From: Candidatus Saccharimonadota bacterium
GTDB lineage: Bacteria; Patescibacteriota; Patescibacteriia; 2-12-FULL-60-25
Direction: 5' to 3'
Length of the DNA: 32,000 bases
Assembly: GCA_016699205.1 (NCBI GenBank)
Contig: CP064964.1
Location: forward strand, 720,001 to 752,000
How positions within the stretch are numbered: the first letter of the stretch is position 1; the number at the start of each line of letters is the position of its first letter. The notes under the pieces were generated by a model. That model was given only the letters and a program-made list of their open reading frames with translations. It did not search any database and was not told where the DNA came from. Shown here in pieces: positions 24,771 to 32,000 of the stretch. The position numbers and the translations under genes were made by a program.

Positions 24771-25931
24771 TTATTTTTTCATCAAAATCACGATTTTTCT
24801 GCGAACATGCTGGTCAGGACGCGCGTAGGTTAGCGGTTTTCCGATGAGGGTGTAGCCGGCTTCTTCTGCGGCCTGAATTGGGTTTACGGAGAAGGTCCCA
24901 TGCGAGGCGATGAGATCTGGCCAAACAGCCACAAGCCGGCCGCCAGAGGGCTGAAGGTCGGCTAAAACAGGCAGGGCTTCACTCCAGAGTTCCTCGATCT
25001 CCCGCTGTTCTTTTTCAAGCGTTGAGCGGCTTTCGTTTCCGGAGAGCGGTGTACCCAAATAACCTTCCGTCACGATGGCATCAAATTGTTTGCCGGTGAG
25101 ATGTTTGCCAATTTCTTGAACCGGAGCGATGTTCCAGCTGATGCGGTCGGCGTCTGCGCGGCGGATAAGCTCTTTGCTCATGAGCCATTCGGTATTTTCT
25201 TGGGCGCCGGCGATTTGGCGCGCATCAATATCGGAACCGACGAGTTGGAGATCTTTATGTAAAAGCGCGGCTTCCATGATGACGGTACCGCTGCCGCAGA
25301 ATGGATCGAGCAAAGCCTGTTTTGGCGCGGCCAAATTAACCATCATGCGTGCGAGCTTGGGCGGGAGCATGCCGGTTTTTGCATCGCGGAATGGACGGCC
25401 AAAATCGCGTAAGCTCCAGGCATCGATGTTCTGAACTTGGGTTGTGAGACCGATGGAAACGGTTTTGCCGTGAATCGCAATAACAAAATCGTAGCCATCG
25501 GTGGTGAGGCCCATTTTGGAAATGGCGGCAGGGGAGAGGATGCCGTTGTCGCCCGTGACCCAGCGCACGGAGCGCCCACGTTCTTGGAGTTCGCGCTTTA
25601 ATCGGATGGGGAGATGTTTGAGTGCTTGTCGATCTTTATTGGTACCGCCGATGATGGTGATGCCAAAAAGGACACGTTCACCGCGCGGGCGGGCATCGAT
25701 ATGGTCGGCGAGAACCTTTCCGTCATCGAGTACATCTAGGGTTCGTTCATCGATAATATCGCCGAGCTTCACGGTGCCGGCTAAACGGTTTTGGAGATCG
25801 GCGCTGTCCCAGGTGGCGGCTTCAAAGATGGCGACGGAATCGACCATAACGGGCTTGAGATCGCCAAGGACGGCCCGAGTCTCCGCAAGGGAGATTTCAG
25901 GATGAGTTCCGTATACAAGAAAACGCTTCAT
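24771..25931 (-). CDS. SAM-dependent RNA methyltransferase (Trm11/UPF0020-like)
   Basis: 386 aa. N-terminal RNA-binding-like domain. Motif I LLDPFCGSGTV. Motif IV-like IVTEGYLGTP. Specificity not determinable from sequence. Confidence 0.6.
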   Translation of the reverse strand: MKRFLVYGTHPEISLAETRAVLGDLKPVMVDSVAIFEAATWDSADLQNRLAGTVKLGDIIDERTLDVLDDGKVLADHIDARPRGERVLFGITIIGGTNKDRQALKHLPIRLKRELQERGRSVRWVTGDNGILSPAAISKMGLTTDGYDFVIAIHGKTVSIGLTTQVQNIDAWSLRDFGRPFRDAKTGMLPPKLARMMVNLAAPKQALLDPFCGSGTVIMEAALLHKDLQLVGSDIDARQIAGAQENTEWLMSKELIRRADADRISWNIAPVQEIGKHLTGKQFDAIVTEGYLGTPLSGNESRSTLEKEQREIEELWSEALPVLADLQPSGGRLVAVWPDLIASHGTFSVNPIQAAEEAGYTLIGKPLTYARPDQHVRRKIVILMKK

Positions 25932-25939
25932 TAAGCCGT

Positions 25940-25969
25940 ATTTTAGCCATAGAATGGCGGAGAATGCAA
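25940..25969 (-). promoter_or_regulatory. Candidate promoter of the methyltransferase gene (near-leaderless)
   Basis: The minus strand reads TTGCAT (25964-25969), 18 nt, TAAAAT (25940-25945). Only 8 nt separate the -10 from ATG 25931. Confidence 0.4.
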
Positions 25970-26086
25970 CCTTGACATTTCTCCTAATGTATGATGAGCT
26001 GAACCGTCGCTTTCCGGGTCTGCCGGAGGCGATCGGTCCGCTCCTTCGAACCGAATAAAGAAGAAGGAAGAGAAAGGGAGTCCGTC

Positions 26087-28420
26087 ATGCCGCGTTTCCT
26101 CACCGCTCTCGTTGCGGTCTGTATCCTCGTTCTTGGGTCGACGACAGCGTCGGCGCAGGATCAGCCCATGCCGGGCCGGGGAGAGATCCTCGAGCTACGG
26201 CGTGATGACCCGCGTAACACGGACGGCTACCGAAGCTTCATCTTCGGCAGCTGGACGTCTGGCATGGGAGGTCTCCGCGACATCCTCGACCGCGTGAATG
26301 CGGATCTCGAGGGTGACTCGCGCGTGACCTGGGAGCAGCTCGACGCTGCCAACCCCTGCATCATCATCTATCGCCGCAACGGCCACCGCTTTGGCCACAA
26401 CGGAAGCTGCAGTACCAACTCGACGGAAGAGCGCGTCACGTACGCCTCGTACTGCGAGGGGGATCCTACCTGTGCCCGCTGGCCGATGGCTGGCCGTGTG
26501 TACCGCATCCCGGCTCGTTCTCGGCTCACGCCGGGAGAACGCGCCGAGGAGATGGTACGGACGCTCGACGAGACGACGGTGACCGAGACGGTCCCGGCGC
26601 CTGCCGAGATGGGCGGTTGGCTTACCGAGCTCTCTGACCTCATGGGTGAAGAGCAAGGTCCGACCTATGATCAGGTGCGTAGTGTCCTCGGAGCTGTTGG
26701 TCGTACGCTTACGCGTGCGGAGACGGCATCAGCTGGAACGGGTGCTCACGAGGCATCTGAACCTGCTGCCACGGCGGACACGCACGCGGATATGACGTTC
26801 ACCGATGAGAGTCTCCCGGGAACGTCTGAAGATGAAGCTGCTCTGCGCCCGACGAGCGCAGAAGACGGTACACTTACCTCGTCAACATCCGATGGAGCTG
26901 CCACCTCCATTCTGATGAACCCTCAACTCCTGTGGCTCATCATCGCGATCATGTCCGTCGCGTTGATTCTCCTTCTTCTTAAGGACAAAATCCGAGCATG
27001 GTACAGGCCCACGCTTTCGGATCACGATCATGATTTGCCTGAAACGGGACCTGTCCCCCCGGCTCTCACCAAAGAGCAAGAGCAGGACATCAGGCTGGCC
27101 ACCGGCCTCAAGCGCCGTTGGAAGCAATACTTCCGAGATCTCAAGCGCAACGACCAGTTGACGCTCGAGACTCTCTTCCTCTTCTTTGATACGGCTGCGA
27201 CCAATCACGCGTTGGTCGACGATCGTGAGAAGAAGATCAAGGAGCTGGAAGAGCTCAAGGAGAAGGTTGATCGGCTCAGCGTCGCTCAGACGGCATTGCC
27301 GATCGAGGATCCCCGGATCCCCGAGCTCGAGCGTCAGCTGCGTGAAGCGACTGACGCCAAGGATCGCGCCGAGTCGGCCAAGAGCACCGCGGAAGCCATG
27401 GCGCTTCGTCTTGGTCTCGAGCATCCCACGGCCCTTCGTAAGAAGGACGAGGAACATGCGGTCACCAAGGCCGCGCTCGAGTCGCTCCAGAACGAGTTCA
27501 AGGCTTTCAAGGCCAATGGGCTCAAGCTGCTCGAGTTGTTTTACCAGGATGGCGCTGCCAACCTGGAACTCGCTCTCGACCATGCGTCGCGTAGCGGCGA
27601 GATCTCCACTCCGTCCTTCGTGACGATCATCGAGCGCGTCTCGTCTGCACGAGATCTCTTCAAGGGGATGGTTCGCGGGGTCCTGAACGACCTCATGATC
27701 CTCTTCGAGTCGGATCTCGCGATGGTTCCGGCACCGGCGGCGAATGCTCCTTTCGCGGGAGCGTCTGCTCAGACCCCTGGGTTTGGTGGTAGCACTGATT
27801 CCTGGGAACGCTCGCTCGATGAGAGCGGGTCGGATCTGGCAACCGATCCGACGCAGCATGGTGTACGGGTGCCGGGATTTGGCGGATATGCTCCCGCTCA
27901 TGAACCGGCGTCGGTACCTCCCGAAGAGCCGGCTGTGATTCCGCCCGTGGAGTCGCTTTCACTCAAGGGGGAGGCGACCAATCCCGGGATTCCGGCTCCT
28001 GATAACGTCACGTTCCGCATGAGCCAGCACGCGCCTCCGCCGCCCGAGCGACCGAATGGCAAGAAGCGCAACCGTGATCGCAAGACCACGGACAGCTTCG
28101 AGCGTCAACCGGTCGCCAAGGCGCTCGAGGAGCGCCGAGACGAGAAGACGGCAGTGATCGATCCGAAGGATCTCGAGCACAAGAAGCTCGAGGCCCGTAC
28201 CGGGAAGACCATCTCGCCGGGCATGACTGCCGCCGCTCGCGACGACAGTCCGATCCCCGGATCGCTCGTTCCGCCGCCTCCGCCGATCGTCACGCTCGAC
28301 GCCAGCAATGGTGAAGAGCCGGACGTATCGCGGCCTGCATCACTGAGTATCTTCGATGACCTTACTGGGTCGGGTGGAGAGACGGGTGTCACGGTCAAGC
28401 GCGCGATCGGCAAGGACTGA
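26087..28420 (+). CDS. Large bitopic protein: signal peptide, Cys-containing LysM-like ectodomain, TM, long coiled-coil, Pro-rich disordered tail (cassette d, paralog 1)
   Basis: 777 aa. SD AAGGGAG. Signal MPRFLTALVAVCILVLGSTTASAQ. Ectodomain ...LRDILDRVNADLEGDSRVTWEQLDAANPCIIIY...MAGRVYRIPA. TM LLWLIIAIMSVALILLLL. Heptad-rich 27.0-27.7 kb, then a P/E/S-rich tail. A TTGACA lies at 25972-25977 without a convincing -10. Confidence 0.7.
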   Translation: MPRFLTALVAVCILVLGSTTASAQDQPMPGRGEILELRRDDPRNTDGYRSFIFGSWTSGMGGLRDILDRVNADLEGDSRVTWEQLDAANPCIIIYRRNGHRFGHNGSCSTNSTEERVTYASYCEGDPTCARWPMAGRVYRIPARSRLTPGERAEEMVRTLDETTVTETVPAPAEMGGWLTELSDLMGEEQGPTYDQVRSVLGAVGRTLTRAETASAGTGAHEASEPAATADTHADMTFTDESLPGTSEDEAALRPTSAEDGTLTSSTSDGAATSILMNPQLLWLIIAIMSVALILLLLKDKIRAWYRPTLSDHDHDLPETGPVPPALTKEQEQDIRLATGLKRRWKQYFRDLKRNDQLTLETLFLFFDTAATNHALVDDREKKIKELEELKEKVDRLSVAQTALPIEDPRIPELERQLREATDAKDRAESAKSTAEAMALRLGLEHPTALRKKDEEHAVTKAALESLQNEFKAFKANGLKLLELFYQDGAANLELALDHASRSGEISTPSFVTIIERVSSARDLFKGMVRGVLNDLMILFESDLAMVPAPAANAPFAGASAQTPGFGGSTDSWERSLDESGSDLATDPTQHGVRVPGFGGYAPAHEPASVPPEEPAVIPPVESLSLKGEATNPGIPAPDNVTFRMSQHAPPPPERPNGKKRNRDRKTTDSFERQPVAKALEERRDEKTAVIDPKDLEHKKLEARTGKTISPGMTAAARDDSPIPGSLVPPPPPIVTLDASNGEEPDVSRPASLSIFDDLTGSGGETGVTVKRAIGKD

Positions 28421-28431
28421 TCCCACAACTG

Positions 28432-28478
28432 AAGGCCCCGTATCGCATTTCTGCGGTACGGGGCCTTGACTTTTTCTT
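28432..28478 (+). terminator. Rho-independent terminator between the two cassette d genes
   Basis: aaggccccgta, a 14-nt loop, then tacggggcctt followed by gaCTTTTTCTTT. The 3' arm overlaps a TTGACT box. Confidence 0.7.
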
Positions 28479-28529
28479 TAAATATTGTCCAAATGAGGCT
28501 GGGTCTTTCATACCCAGAGGGAGTCATTC

Positions 28530-30461
28530 ATGAACGGATACCGGCTGACGCTCGGCTGCATGATTGCGGTCGTTTGCGCGACCGCCTTCATGACCTTTTC
28601 CACGACCGCCGAAGCCCAGGTGCGCGTCATCGAACGCGATACCGATGGCTTCACTGTTCGCATCGAGTCTGGTGCCCGTTTGCGGCATCTTGCGCACGCG
28701 ATCGGCATGGAGCCGGACATGGATCAGATCGCCCGGAGCAATCCGGGCCACATCATCTATGTCTGCCGCGACAATATGCCTGGTGAGCGGCCCTACATGA
28801 GCCGTGATCCGGAATCGTGGAATGCTTGCCAGCATTTTTCGCGGGAACGGTGGCTGTTGGCCGGTGTCACGTATTACGTGCCCCTGCGGTTCGAGTCGGC
28901 GCCTGTTGCCTCGGATGCTCCGCCTGCCGAATCGCTTTGGCGGGAGGAGGGGCTGCGTTCACACAACCGTCTGCTCGAGCGTCGCATCACTGAACTCGAG
29001 ACGGATCTCGAGACGGCGCATAATGCTTTGATCGAAGCAGATGACCGGGCCGACGAAGCTGCAGCGTCTACGGCGTTGCTCCGCGACAGCAATGCCCGCC
29101 TCGAGAGCGACATGACGGGAATGGGCTGGCTCGCCGCCTTGTTCTCCCTGCTGTTTCTGCTCATGGGGTTCGGAGCGCTGTATGTGCTCTGGCGAACGCG
29201 TCTCATGTTGCGGCGTATCATGGATTCTGCACGGCGCGAACGTGTCGCTTGGAGCCAGTATGCCGACAAGATGCGCCGCAATCGCGACGAGATCATTGGA
29301 ACGCTAACCAGCAAGGTTAGCAGCCTGAACAGTCAGATCGAGATGCTTAAGCGCAACATCTCGGAGACTTCGAACGAACTAGCGCAAACGCAAACGCAGC
29401 AAGGACGGCTGCGGCGGCGTACCAATCTTCTTCTCGTCCAATTGGCCAAGTACCGGAAGTTGCTTCGCCAATGCTATTCAGCCATTCAACACTTCCAGCG
29501 GCGTCTGTCAGAGGAGACAGCACACCGTGAACGCCTTCCAACACTCCTCAAGTCAGTGGATGATGCGCGTCTCCAACTGATCTACGCAAATAATGCGCGC
29601 GCCCGCGTCGACATGGTTCGTCGATGGCTCATGTATGTCTACTCACGACGACGTACGATGGCTCCGACCATGCGCAAGATCACGGTGCTTGCGTACTTGG
29701 GTGTCATTGCCCAGTATCGCAAGCAGCAAAGGGAGTTCGAGCAAAAGGCTCGCGAGTTGGAGCCTGCCAAGCTTGAAGCGATCGAGACGATCTACAAGCT
29801 GACAGGTATTCGCGCCGATCACCTCGATCCGGAAAGCCGATTGAAGCGCTCCATGGAGGCGGCGGATAAAAACGCCGAGCTGCTCGACTCGCAGACGCAA
29901 GCTCTCAACGAGCTCATTCAGATCCAGATCCGCCTGCAAGGCGAGTTTGATGCCCGTGAAAAGGGGATCGAGTCGCGTGAAGAGCAGCTTGGAAAAGCGG
30001 AAGCTGAATACGTCGAGCGTCTTCACAAGCAAGGCCTACGCGAACGCGAGCATGCGGCACAGGTCGATGCTTGGAACAAGGAGCTCGAGCTCAAGAAGGA
30101 GATCGACGCTTGGTCGGGCGCTGCTCTCAAGGCAGAGACCACCGGCAAGCTCTCGGATGTCGAGAGGCGCATGAGCGAGATGGAAGGCCGCATGAACGGG
30201 TATGAGCGTCGTGCGATTTCCGCTGAGAAGGATCTCGACGAAACCAACGATTTCCTCGAAGTGGCCCGCAAGGAGTTCAAGGCGGCCAAGGAATTGATCG
30301 AAGGGATCAAGAAGGGTCCCAATTTCCTGGAAGCCAGAACGGCGCAGATGGCCGAGTACATTTCCCAGCTGGAGGAGAAGCTCGGGATCGAGCGTAAGTC
30401 CATCTGGGCTGGCTTGCCCGACTTGGCCTACGGCTCGGTTCCGCCCAAGGCAAAGGCCTAA
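28530..30461 (+). CDS. Large bitopic protein: signal peptide, LysM-like ectodomain, coiled-coil, TM, very long coiled-coil (cassette d, paralog 2)
   Basis: 643 aa. Signal MNGYRLTLGCMIAVVCATAFMTFSTTAEAQ. Ectodomain FTVRIESGARLRHLAHAIGMEPDMDQIARSNPGHIIYVC...LLAGVTYYVPL. TM WLAALFSLLFLLMGFGALYVLW. The remaining ~420 aa are heptad-rich (E/K/R/L/Q). Confidence 0.7.
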   Translation: MNGYRLTLGCMIAVVCATAFMTFSTTAEAQVRVIERDTDGFTVRIESGARLRHLAHAIGMEPDMDQIARSNPGHIIYVCRDNMPGERPYMSRDPESWNACQHFSRERWLLAGVTYYVPLRFESAPVASDAPPAESLWREEGLRSHNRLLERRITELETDLETAHNALIEADDRADEAAASTALLRDSNARLESDMTGMGWLAALFSLLFLLMGFGALYVLWRTRLMLRRIMDSARRERVAWSQYADKMRRNRDEIIGTLTSKVSSLNSQIEMLKRNISETSNELAQTQTQQGRLRRRTNLLLVQLAKYRKLLRQCYSAIQHFQRRLSEETAHRERLPTLLKSVDDARLQLIYANNARARVDMVRRWLMYVYSRRRTMAPTMRKITVLAYLGVIAQYRKQQREFEQKARELEPAKLEAIETIYKLTGIRADHLDPESRLKRSMEAADKNAELLDSQTQALNELIQIQIRLQGEFDAREKGIESREEQLGKAEAEYVERLHKQGLREREHAAQVDAWNKELELKKEIDAWSGAALKAETTGKLSDVERRMSEMEGRMNGYERRAISAEKDLDETNDFLEVARKEFKAAKELIEGIKKGPNFLEARTAQMAEYISQLEEKLGIERKSIWAGLPDLAYGSVPPKAKA

Positions 30462-30485
30462 TCATCGCACTTTTTCTACTCTTTG

Positions 30486-30531
30486 CCGCCCGGTCCGTCA
30501 GCCTCTCAGGGTTGACAGGCCGGGCGGTTTT
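30486..30531 (+). terminator. Rho-independent terminator closing cassette d
   Basis: ccgcccggtc (30486-30495) pairs with ggccgggcgg (30518-30527), with one T:G pair, followed by TTTT. The loop contains the rpsF -35 box. Confidence 0.6.
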
Positions 30532-30540
30532 GGTTAAGGT
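30512..30540 (+). promoter_or_regulatory. Sigma70-type promoter of rpsF-ssb-rpsR
   Basis: TTGACA (30512-30517), 17 nt, TAAGGT (30535-30540). A leader of about 75 nt containing small hairpins follows. Confidence 0.55.
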
Positions 30541-30619
30541 TTGGCCACTAAAAAACCTAGCGTGACTGGCCAATCTGCTTTACAGCAGAGCCCCAAATAG
30601 GGGACATGTCACAACAACT

Positions 30620-31111
30620 ATGTCTGACGTATTATCGTCATCCAAGTACGAGCTCATGTACATCATTCCGGCCACTCTTTCTGAAGAAGAGGCAGGAGCG
30701 GTGGAGACCAAGATCTCGGCACTTATTACCAAGTACGGTGCGACGGTTGAATCGACCAAGCGCCTCGGCAAGTTTCGTCTTGCTTACATCATCCAGAATC
30801 AGCGCCATGGTTACTACATGCTTGTCCGTTTCTCGGCCGAGCGTACGGCCATGAACAAGATCGATGAGAACCTTCGTATCTCGACCGACATCACCCGCCA
30901 CATGATTTTGCGTGCGGAGGAAGCTGGCGAGGGCAAGTACAACTTGGTGGAATACAAGGAGATCAACCTTGATAACAAGGAGGATCGTCCGCGCCGCCGT
31001 ACCGATACGGCCAAGGCTGAAGACGCCAAGCCTGCTGAGGGCGAGAAGACCGAAGCCAAGGCCGAGACCGCTCCTGAAGCGGCCTTGCCGGAAGCCGGCA
31101 CCAATGCCTAA
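30620..31111 (+). CDS. rpsF: 30S ribosomal protein S6 with an acidic/Lys-rich C-terminal extension
   Basis: YELMYIIPATLSEEEAGAVETKISALITKYGATVESTKRLGKFRLAYIIQNQRHGYYMLVRF is the canonical S6 sequence. Sits in the conserved rpsF-ssb-rpsR order. Confidence 0.92.
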   Translation: MSDVLSSSKYELMYIIPATLSEEEAGAVETKISALITKYGATVESTKRLGKFRLAYIIQNQRHGYYMLVRFSAERTAMNKIDENLRISTDITRHMILRAEEAGEGKYNLVEYKEINLDNKEDRPRRRTDTAKAEDAKPAEGEKTEAKAETAPEAALPEAGTNA

Positions 31112-31122
31112 ACTGGTTCTAT

Positions 31123-31587
31123 ATGGATTTGAACCGCGCCATGATCATCGGTAACGTGACCCGCGACCCGGAACTCCGGACAACGGCCACGGGACAAAAT
31201 GTTTGTTCTTTTGGCATCGCTACCAACCAGCAATGGACGGATGCGCAAGGCCAAAAGCAGCAGCGCGCGGAGTATCACAATATTGTCGCTTGGGGAAAGC
31301 TCGCAGAAATCTGCGGCCAGTATCTCGGCAAAGGCCGCAAGGTCTATATCGAGGGACGTCTGCAGACACGCGAGTGGGAAACCCAGGATGCACAAAAGCG
31401 TCAACGCACCGAGATCGTCGCAGATAACATGATCTTGCTCGATCGTAAGGACGTTGGTTCCCAGGCTCCGAGCCGTACGCCCTCGCCGGCATCGATTCCG
31501 GCCGGTGAATCTCCTGAGCCGACGGTTGCGCCCATGGACAAGTCCATCGGTGACAATGAAATCCGCCTTGAAGATATTCCATTCTAA
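31123..31587 (+). CDS. ssb: Single-stranded DNA-binding protein
   Basis: MDLNRAMIIGNVTRDPELRTTATGQNVCSFGIATNQQW...YHNIVAWGKLAEICGQYLGKGRKVYIEGRLQTREW forms the OB fold. Disordered linker and C-terminal acidic tip ...RLEDIPF. Confidence 0.93.
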   Translation: MDLNRAMIIGNVTRDPELRTTATGQNVCSFGIATNQQWTDAQGQKQQRAEYHNIVAWGKLAEICGQYLGKGRKVYIEGRLQTREWETQDAQKRQRTEIVADNMILLDRKDVGSQAPSRTPSPASIPAGESPEPTVAPMDKSIGDNEIRLEDIPF

Positions 31588-31651
31588 ACTCAACATTATT
31601 TATTTCATCCCGCGCGTTTCCGGCTGATTCGTTCCCAACGCGCCCACACTT

Positions 31652-31873
31652 ATGCAACACAAGAAAAGCACTCCGCGAACCTGTTTCTTCTGCCAACAGA
31701 ACGTAACTGAAATCAACTACAAGGATACCGATACGCTTCGCCGCTACCTTTCCTCGTTTGGAAAGATCGTGCCGCGCAAGCGCTCCGGTGTCTGCGCCTG
31801 GCATCAGCGCAAGCTGGCTAACGCGATCAAGCGCGCCCGCTTCATGGCCTTGGTTCCGTACTTGGTTCGCTAA
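31652..31873 (+). CDS. rpsR: 30S ribosomal protein S18
   Basis: CFFCQQNVTEINYKDTDTLRRYLSSFGKIVPRKRSGVCAWHQRKLANAIKRARFMALVPY is the canonical S18 sequence. Confidence 0.93.
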   Translation: MQHKKSTPRTCFFCQQNVTEINYKDTDTLRRYLSSFGKIVPRKRSGVCAWHQRKLANAIKRARFMALVPYLVR

Positions 31874-31877
31874 ACAC

Positions 31878-31904
31878 AAATCCCCCGGAAACGGGGGATT
31901 TTGT
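31878..31904 (+). terminator. Rho-independent terminator after rpsR
   Basis: aaatcccccg-gaaa-cgggggatttt. Confidence 0.8.
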
Positions 31905-31918
31905 TATACTTGGAATAT

Positions 31919-32000
31919 ATGAACGAGCAACGGAATATGCCGGCAACGGATTGGGAAGGGGAGGGAGTACAGATTTTCCGACCGGAAGATTTGGTGCGCA
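31919..32000 (+). CDS. 5' end of an unidentified ORF running off the window
   Basis: ATG 31919 is open to the window edge (MNEQRNMPATDWEGEGVQIFRPEDLVR...). Too short to assign. Confidence 0.3.
   Translation, partial: MNEQRNMPATDWEGEGVQIFRPEDLVR

Noticed and set aside
26882-27901. 339-aa minus-strand ORF inside the 777-aa gene (similar ORFs occur at 28874-29314 and 29643-30032)
   Set aside because: These are antisense shadows of coiled-coil coding sequence. The plus frames are uninterrupted for 777 and 643 codons with signal peptides and SD sites.
1-32000. CRISPR arrays, IS elements, integrase or recombinase genes, prophage genes, reverse transcriptase or DGR repeats
   Set aside because: I found no regularly spaced direct repeats and no ORF with recognisable transposase, integrase, RT or phage structural motifs on either strand.

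Overview
The window is a gene-dense backbone of roughly 50% G+C. From gene content I infer a small-genome uncultivated bacterium of the Patescibacteria/CPR type. Backbone genes are the leuS 3' end, galU, an orphan solute-binding lipoprotein, gpmA, tRNA-Ser(CGA), a DsbD_2/TauE-cupredoxin gene, copA, dsbB, an Rrf2-nifS-nifU-ferredoxin Fe-S operon, an RNA methyltransferase and rpsF-ssb-rpsR. Two accessory backbone blocks stand out. One is a tandem array of six VirB2/TrbC-like (T4SS-pilin-like) genes with modular Cys-rich decorations (2507-6423). The other is a surface-glycan pair, a GT-C-like glycosyltransferase plus an O-antigen-ligase-like gene (11489-14714). The main anomaly is four strongly G+C-rich cassettes at about 6570-11470, 20220-21040, 23785-24700 and 26087-30461. 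Their edges fall in intergenic spacers that carry hairpin terminators, and most cassettes also have a TTGACA-type promoter. All their products are uncharacterised: lipoproteins, a Trp-rich polytopic membrane protein, a cNMP-binding-like coiled-coil protein, and two paralogous giant signal-peptide/LysM-like/TM/coiled-coil proteins. I cannot assign these to any named system, and they are my best candidates for something new, such as a cell-envelope or host-interaction module. Important caveat: at least ten reading-frame breaks sit at short homopolymers, six of them in the 6.6-11.5 kb cassette, so assembly indels are likely and gene boundaries there are reconstructions. I saw no rRNA, CRISPR array, integrase, transposase or reverse transcriptase.
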